Part shown: positions 58,310 to 64,000 of the stretch, piece after piece
Numbering within the stretch: position 1 is the stretch's first letter
How the letters are laid out: every line of letters starts with the position of its first letter
Assembly (NCBI GenBank): GCA_964430475.1
Contig: CAYSEQ010000002.1
Coordinates: forward strand, 71,706-135,705
Source: an uncultured Gammaproteobacteria bacterium
Lineage (GTDB): Bacteria; Patescibacteriota; Microgenomatia; UBA8517
Length of the DNA: 64,000 bases
Direction: 5' to 3'
Made by a program: the position numbers and the translations under genes
The notes under the pieces: model-generated
What the model saw: the letters and a program-made list of their open reading frames with translations, nothing else
What the model was told of the DNA's origin: nothing
Databases searched by the model: none

Positions 58310-60043
58310 ATGAAGACATTTGAGAAGTATTTTATTTTCTCTATTATTTTTTTATCCTCTATCCTAAGATTATGGAGATTGGGAGAAATTCCTCCTCACC
58401 TTACCCCTGATGAAGCGGCATTGGGTTACAATGCTTACTCAATTCTAAGAACAGGAAAAGATGAATACGGTCAGTTTTTCCCAATTGTCTTTAAATCGTT
58501 TGGAGATTATAAACCTGGCCTTTATATTTATTTAACGCTTCCATTTATTGCTTTCTTTGGTCTTAATGAGTTTGCGGTCCGTCTTCCCTCTGCCATTGCC
58601 GGTATATTCGCAGTATATTTGGTTTACCTAATAACCCTTAACGCATGGTGGTTTAAAAACGCAAAAGATATAATAAATGAAAACGAATTTCGTAGTAAAA
58701 GGTTTTTGGGTTTTTTTGCAAGTTTTCTTTTGGCGGTCTCTCCTTGGCACATTCATTTTTCCAGAGGTGCGTGGGAAGCTAATGTCTCACTTACCCTTAC
58801 ACTTGCAGGAATCTATTTTTTCTTAAAAGCCCTTGAAAATTCCAAAATGTTTTTTCCTTCTTTAATATTTTTTTCTTTAACACTTCTTACCTATCAAGGG
58901 GCAAAACTATCCACATTAATAGTGATCGTAATTTTATTTATCGTTTTTGCGAGAAATTTTTGGAAAAATTGTAAAGATAAGGTTTTGCCATTAACTTTAA
59001 GTGTGGTTGTAGCATCCATAATAGCTTTGCCAATCGTCTTTAGTGTAGCTAAGGGAGAGGCTGGTAGACTAAAAATTTTTAGTATATTTTCGTATCCAAG
59101 AAAGGAAGAAGAGATATCGGAACTTCTTTTACAGGCAAACGAAACCCCAGGGAGTTTAACTTATTATCTTTTCCATTCAGAAACATTGAATTATGCCAGG
59201 ATGATTATCGGACGGTGGTTTAATCATTTTAGTGGCCGGTTTTTGTTTTTTGAGGGAGATTACCAAAATCCTAGGCATTCGGCACCAAATCATGGGATGC
59301 TTCTTTTGGCGGATTTGATATTGATTCCATTTGGTTTGTTGGCTCTAATTAAGTCCAGATCAAAATTTTCTAGCTTTTCGTTGCTTTGGCTTGTATTGTC
59401 TTGTCTGCCCTCTTCCTTAACTCGAGATCAAGTAAATGCAGTAAGAGCGCTGAATATGGTGGTTCCACTAATTTTTGTCTCAGCATCAGGGATTAATTAC
59501 TTACTGCAAATAGAGTTGCTAGAGAAATCCTACCTTAAAAAAAAGTTACCCGGTTTTCGGCTTAGACTTACCCCATTATTTCTATTCGGTATTTTATTTC
59601 TGAGTTTAATTTATTATTTAGATTCCTACTTTGTTCATTTAACAAAGCATAATTCCAAATATTGGGAGTATGGATATAAACAGATTGTTGAAGCAGTTTC
59701 TCCGATCCAAAAAAATTATAAGGAGATTAAGGTTCAGCAATCTTTTTCCCAACCCTATATCTATTTTCTTTTCTATCAAAAGTATGACCCCTTAAAATAT
59801 CAAAGTCAGGCAAAATTGGTGGAAAGTGAATACAAGGGTGATGTGGGTTATGTAGAAAGACTTGATAACATTTGTTTTTGTGCCATAGATTGGCCTCGTG
59901 ATAAAAAAGAGCATGGCACCTTAGTTATTGCTGATAGCATTAGGATTCCGGATAGTGAACTTGTAAGTGATTCTCTAAGTTTATCTAAAGAAATAAAGTA
60001 TTTAGATGGCTCTGTTGCTTTTAGAATTGTTGAGGTGAAATGA
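58310..60043 (+). CDS. ArnT/PMT_2-like GT-C glycosyltransferase (array copy 8)
   Basis: TPDEAALGYNAYSILRTGKDEYGQ...DYKPGLYIY and SPWHIHFSRGAWEAN. C-terminus QQSFSQPYIYFLFYQKYDPL...KEIKYLDGSVAFRIVE. Confidence 0.7.
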   Translation: MKTFEKYFIFSIIFLSSILRLWRLGEIPPHLTPDEAALGYNAYSILRTGKDEYGQFFPIVFKSFGDYKPGLYIYLTLPFIAFFGLNEFAVRLPSAIAGIFAVYLVYLITLNAWWFKNAKDIINENEFRSKRFLGFFASFLLAVSPWHIHFSRGAWEANVSLTLTLAGIYFFLKALENSKMFFPSLIFFSLTLLTYQGAKLSTLIVIVILFIVFARNFWKNCKDKVLPLTLSVVVASIIALPIVFSVAKGEAGRLKIFSIFSYPRKEEEISELLLQANETPGSLTYYLFHSETLNYARMIIGRWFNHFSGRFLFFEGDYQNPRHSAPNHGMLLLADLILIPFGLLALIKSRSKFSSFSLLWLVLSCLPSSLTRDQVNAVRALNMVVPLIFVSASGINYLLQIELLEKSYLKKKLPGFRLRLTPLFLFGILFLSLIYYLDSYFVHLTKHNSKYWEYGYKQIVEAVSPIQKNYKEIKVQQSFSQPYIYFLFYQKYDPLKYQSQAKLVESEYKGDVGYVERLDNICFCAIDWPRDKKEHGTLVIADSIRIPDSELVSDSLSLSKEIKYLDGSVAFRIVEVK

Positions 60044-60052
60044 TTCTTTTTT

Positions 60053-61723
60053 ATGTCAAAGACTAAAATAACTTTAATATTCATTTTATTACTGGCTTTT
60101 TTACTTCGGTTTTACCGATTGGGGACTTATCCAGCTCTTAATGCTGATGAGGCTGCGATAGGATATAATGCTTACTCTCTTATTCAAACCGGCCGAGACG
60201 AGCATGGAAACCCTTGGCCTCTCCATTTCCAATCTTTTAACGACTATAAACCCGGTTTTTACTTTTATTTAGTTTTACCTTTTATAGCGGCATTTGGACT
60301 TAACGCTTGGAGTGTTAGGATTCCTAACGCTTTTTTAGGTGTTGCCACCGTCTATTTTGTCTATTTGGTAACAGCCAAACTCTACGAGATGAGCTTTGAG
60401 AAAGAAAAGAAGTTGAGAAAACTGATTGATTATCCGGCCATATTTGCAAGTTTTCTTTTGGCGGTCTCTCCCTGGCATATTCATTTTTCAAGAGGTGCAT
60501 GGGAGGTAAACACCTCTAGTTTTTTGATGGTTTTGGGTTTATGGTTTTTTATTAAAGCTTTGAAAGGCAAAAGAACCTTTCTAATTTTAAGTTCTTTAGC
60601 TTTTGTTTTGAGTCTTTATACTTATCATGCAACAAGGGTTGTGGTTCCCTTGTTGATTTTGGGGCTTATTGTTATTTATAAAGAAAACCTTAAGAGAAAT
60701 CTTAAAAATTATTTGCTTGCCTTTTTTGTTGGATTGTTACTCCTTTTACCGCTAATAAAAGACTTCGCTAAGGGTGAGGCTTTTTCGAGAGCAGCAGGTG
60801 TCGGTCTTTTTGCAGACCCCGGACCACTTGCGAGAATCAACGAGCAAAGAGGAGAGCATGGAGATTTCACCGGGAAAGTTGCAAAACTTTTTCACAATAA
60901 ACCGGTGAACTATGGATTGGCTTTCTTAAATAACTACTTTAAACATTTTGACGGAAATTTTCTTTTTATCTCAGGTGATTCAATTCAAAGAAACAAGGTA
61001 CCTGAGACAGGACAAATGTATTTTTTTGATTTTATCTGGATATCTTTAGGAATGATTTTCCTATTTAAAAATTTTAAAGAGAAAGAATCCAAGTTAATAC
61101 TTTTGTGGTTATTAGTTTCTCCTGTGGCATCTTCCTTAACATTTCAATCGCCAAATGCGCTCCGATCCGAAAACATGGTCATCCCTCTTGTAGTGATTGG
61201 CGCATTAGGTTTATTCAGGGCTATCATGTGGGGCAAAAGAATCATTGTTTACAGGCATCTACTCACTAGCTACTATCTACTAATTTTTAGTTTGATAACC
61301 TGGCAGTTTGTTAGATACCAACATATGTATTGGTTGCATATGGCAAAAGAATACCCTTTTTCCTCGCAGTATGGTGTCAAGGAGTTAGTTGACTTCGTAA
61401 GAACTGAAGGAGAGAATTTCAAAAAGATTGTCGTTACAGATAGATATGACCAGCCCTACATTTTATTCTTGTTTTATTTAAATTATCCTCCTGAAAAGTT
61501 TCAAAAAGAACATGTATTAACCTCACGAGATAAATTTGGTTTTTCAACAGTTAGGGATTTTGATAAATATGAGTTTAAGAGTATAAGTTGGGATACTGAT
61601 CGGGTAAAATACCCTGGCGCTTTAATTGTAGGCACAAGTCAGGAGATTCCTAAAGAGGCAAATATTGTCAAAAAAATTTACGGACAAAATGCTTATGAAT
61701 ATTTTGTTGTTGTTGCAAACTAA
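60053..61723 (+). CDS. ArnT/PMT_2-like GT-C glycosyltransferase (array copy 9)
   Basis: NADEAAIGYNAYSLIQTGRDEHGN...DYKPGFYFY and SPWHIHFSRGAWEVN. C-terminus TDRYDQPYILFLFYLNYPPE. Confidence 0.7.
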   Translation: MSKTKITLIFILLLAFLLRFYRLGTYPALNADEAAIGYNAYSLIQTGRDEHGNPWPLHFQSFNDYKPGFYFYLVLPFIAAFGLNAWSVRIPNAFLGVATVYFVYLVTAKLYEMSFEKEKKLRKLIDYPAIFASFLLAVSPWHIHFSRGAWEVNTSSFLMVLGLWFFIKALKGKRTFLILSSLAFVLSLYTYHATRVVVPLLILGLIVIYKENLKRNLKNYLLAFFVGLLLLLPLIKDFAKGEAFSRAAGVGLFADPGPLARINEQRGEHGDFTGKVAKLFHNKPVNYGLAFLNNYFKHFDGNFLFISGDSIQRNKVPETGQMYFFDFIWISLGMIFLFKNFKEKESKLILLWLLVSPVASSLTFQSPNALRSENMVIPLVVIGALGLFRAIMWGKRIIVYRHLLTSYYLLIFSLITWQFVRYQHMYWLHMAKEYPFSSQYGVKELVDFVRTEGENFKKIVVTDRYDQPYILFLFYLNYPPEKFQKEHVLTSRDKFGFSTVRDFDKYEFKSISWDTDRVKYPGALIVGTSQEIPKEANIVKKIYGQNAYEYFVVVAN

Positions 61724-61739
61724 GTTTTAAAGATAAAAA

Positions 61740-63032
61740 ATGCGTGTTGGAATAATTGGAGCAGGTTTCGGAGGACTTGCAGCATCCTATTACCTTTCTA
61801 AGAAGGGGTGTGAGGTTTTAGTTTTTGAGGCAGGCGATCAACCCGGAGGTCTTGCTGTGGGGTTTAAAAAAAAGGAGTGGAAGTGGAGCATTGAAAAGCA
61901 TTATCATCACTTATTTACTAACGACTATTCAATATTAAATTTAGCCCAAGAGATTGGCTATCCGGTTGTTAGGATAAGACCAAAGACATGCTCATTTGTT
62001 GATGGTAAAATTATTCAGTTGGATTCTGTGGAATCTCTCTTGCGGTTTCCTAAACTTTCATTTTTGGAAAAATTAAGAATGGGAGCAGTTTTAGCGTTTT
62101 TAAAGGCTACACCTTTCTGGAAGCCGCTAGAGAGGATAACAGCCGAGGAGTTCATTAAAAGGTATATGGGGGAAAAAGCCTGGAAAATTTTATGGGGACC
62201 ATTGTTTGTTGGAAAATTTCATGAGTTTTCAGGTAAGATTCCTGCATCTTGGTTTTGGGCGAGAATAAAAAAAAGGACAGAATTCCTTGTTTACCCTTAT
62301 GGTGGATTTTTAGCTTTTGCTAAAGCTATTGAAAAGTCGGTGAAAGATTATAAAGGAAAATTTTTTTACAATACAGAAGTTTTTTCAATAAGCCTTGTTA
62401 GATCTTCGGGAAAACTAGTAATTAAAACACCAAGAGGCAATTTTGAATTTGAAAAAGTGATCTGCACTCTCCCCACACCCTTATTCTTAAAAATTACTAA
62501 AGGTCTAAGTAAAGAATATGTTAAAAGTATAGTCGGCCTTAAGGGGTTAGGATCTGTTAATTTATTGCTTTCCCTTTCTAAAAAGTTTCTTGAAGATGGC
62601 ACTTATTGGTTGAATATTACTGATAGTCATTTTCCTTTTATTGCAGTTATTGAACATACAAATTTTATTGATAAAAGATATTATAATACTGAACATCTCG
62701 TATATGTTGGTAATTATTTGCCCCATCATCACATTTTTTTTAGGAAAGAAGCGAATGAACTTTTGTCCGACTTCTATCCTTATCTAAAGAAGATAAATCC
62801 AAAATTTGAAAAATCTTGGGTCGGCTCCGCTTTCGTTTTTAAGGCATTTTTTACCCAACCTATTATTCCTTTAAATTATTCTAAAAAGATTCCTAGGTTT
62901 GAGACACCAATTAAAGGCTTGTATCTTTGCAATATTCAACAGGTTTATCCTTGGGATAGGGGAACGAATTACGCGGTAGAAAATGCAAAAAAAGTATCCG
63001 AGTTAGTACTTCAAGGAAAAATAAGAGAATGA
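61740..63032 (+). CDS. FAD/NAD(P)-binding oxidoreductase, amine-oxidase/PPOX/phytoene-desaturase superfamily
   Basis: N-terminal Rossmann motif MRVGIIGAGFGGLAASYYLSKKGCEVLVFEAGDQPGGLA. 430 aa. Substrate not inferable from the sequence. Confidence 0.7.
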   Translation: MRVGIIGAGFGGLAASYYLSKKGCEVLVFEAGDQPGGLAVGFKKKEWKWSIEKHYHHLFTNDYSILNLAQEIGYPVVRIRPKTCSFVDGKIIQLDSVESLLRFPKLSFLEKLRMGAVLAFLKATPFWKPLERITAEEFIKRYMGEKAWKILWGPLFVGKFHEFSGKIPASWFWARIKKRTEFLVYPYGGFLAFAKAIEKSVKDYKGKFFYNTEVFSISLVRSSGKLVIKTPRGNFEFEKVICTLPTPLFLKITKGLSKEYVKSIVGLKGLGSVNLLLSLSKKFLEDGTYWLNITDSHFPFIAVIEHTNFIDKRYYNTEHLVYVGNYLPHHHIFFRKEANELLSDFYPYLKKINPKFEKSWVGSAFVFKAFFTQPIIPLNYSKKIPRFETPIKGLYLCNIQQVYPWDRGTNYAVENAKKVSELVLQGKIRE

Positions 63033-63934
63033 AAGTTAAACTATCGGTGGTCTTGGCGACTCGTAACGAAGAGAAAAATATAAGTTCTTGTCTTAATTCG
63101 GTTAAAGAAATTGCAGACGAAATCATCGTCTTTGACGAGTTTTCAGAAGACAAAACCCGAGAGATTGCCAAAAGTTTCGGAGCAAAAGTTTTCAAATATC
63201 AACACAAAACAAATTTCCACGAGACAAAACAGAAAGCTATTGAAAAAGCAACAGGCGATTGGATTTTACAACTTGACGCTGATGAGCGTGTTACCCCTGA
63301 ACTTTCAGAGGAAATAAAAACGGTAATAAATCTTCCAACTCAGAAGTTAAAAGAGCGAGTCCTGGATGCGAGATCCATTGGAAAATTTAATAATCCTAAA
63401 AAAATCTCTCTTTTTATAAGACATCAGAAACTACTGGGGTTAGCAAAAGAAAAATCTAGCGGTTCAACTAAAGAGGTAGTGGCTTTTTTTGTGCCGCGTA
63501 AGAATTACTTTTTAGGTAAACCTTTAATTCATGCTGGGGTCTACCCCGACGCCTCCATACGACTAATTAGAAAGGGAAAAGCAAGGCTTCCTGCAAAAAG
63601 CGTTCATGAAATGATGAAGGTTGATGGAGAAATTGGTTGGTTATTTAATGACCTTGAGCACCATGAATCCCCTACATTTTTTAGATATTTGGAACGCGCC
63701 AACCGTTATACGGATTTGACTGCCCAAGAATTTAAGAAAAATTATGGGAGTAAAAAAAGTCTTATTCTACTTTTTTATTTCTCTTTTATTAAACCACTTA
63801 TCGTTTTTTTAAATCTCTACATTTTGCACAAAGGTTTTCTTGACGGAGTGAGAGGATTTATTTGGTCTTTATTTTCAGGTCTTCATTACCCAATTGCCTA
63901 TTTCAAATTTTGGCAGATGGCCAATAGAGATTAA
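63029..63934 (+). CDS. GT2 glycosyltransferase, WaaE/KdtX-like (third paralog)
   Basis: ATGA overlap with the upstream gene. LSVVLATRNEEKNI...IIVFDEFSEDKT...LDADER...YFKFWQMANRD tail, like 34612 and 36553. Confidence 0.75.
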   Translation: MKVKLSVVLATRNEEKNISSCLNSVKEIADEIIVFDEFSEDKTREIAKSFGAKVFKYQHKTNFHETKQKAIEKATGDWILQLDADERVTPELSEEIKTVINLPTQKLKERVLDARSIGKFNNPKKISLFIRHQKLLGLAKEKSSGSTKEVVAFFVPRKNYFLGKPLIHAGVYPDASIRLIRKGKARLPAKSVHEMMKVDGEIGWLFNDLEHHESPTFFRYLERANRYTDLTAQEFKKNYGSKKSLILLFYFSFIKPLIVFLNLYILHKGFLDGVRGFIWSLFSGLHYPIAYFKFWQMANRD

Positions 63935-64000
63935 ATGTTTTTTATTAACTAATTTTAGAATTAAAAGATATGCATAATTTTTGATTAACTTTTGGCAGTC

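Noticed and set aside
43135-61723. DNA-level tandem repeats expected from the paralog array
   Set aside because: The paralogs are conserved only at protein-motif level. No long nucleotide-identical blocks are visible, so these are ancient duplications and not a repeat feature in the assembly sense.
1-64000. CRISPR arrays, tRNA/rRNA genes, transposases, integrases and phage genes
   Set aside because: I found no regularly spaced short direct repeats, no tRNA-like structures in the few intergenic gaps, and no ORFs with transposase, integrase or phage hallmarks. The island appears chromosomal and non-mobile.

Overview
This AT-rich, tightly packed bacterial window looks like a streamlined, CPR/Microgenomates-like genome. 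Many gene junctions overlap as ATGA, and TTG or GTG start codons are frequent. I found no rRNA, tRNA, CRISPR array or transposase. The left ~9.4 kb is housekeeping: a CapA-like fragment, a GH5-like hydrolase, bcp, trmD, a frame-disrupted pgeF/yfiH homolog, a MacAB-like HlyD-adaptor/ABC-ATPase/FtsX-permease operon, and tsaC/sua5. From ~9.5 kb to the end of the window (>54 kb) there is a very large glycosylation island. It starts with a Ppm1-type polyprenol-phosphate-mannose synthase (GT2 catalytic domain fused to a GtrA-like membrane domain). It contains about 10 GT2 genes, one GT4, a Wzx-like flippase, a SAM methyltransferase and an FAD oxidoreductase. It also contains about 23 polytopic GT-C-like membrane glycosyltransferase candidates in at least three paralogous families. 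The first family is ArnT/PMT_2-like, marked by a DEAxxGYxAYS...KP motif. It includes a tandem array of about 11 copies that share a distinctive conserved C-terminal domain. The second family is YfhO-like (4 copies) and the third is PIG-V/DUF2029-like (4 copies). GT2 genes alternate with GT-C genes in a way that resembles three-component polyprenol-phosphate-sugar glycosylation modules such as ArnC/ArnT, CsbB/YfhO and GtrB/GtrC. The density and paralog expansion of lipid-carrier-dependent glycosyltransferases is the most interesting feature here. I read it as an uncharacterised surface protein/glycan glycosylation system. All family assignments are motif-level reading of the translated ORFs, with no database search run.
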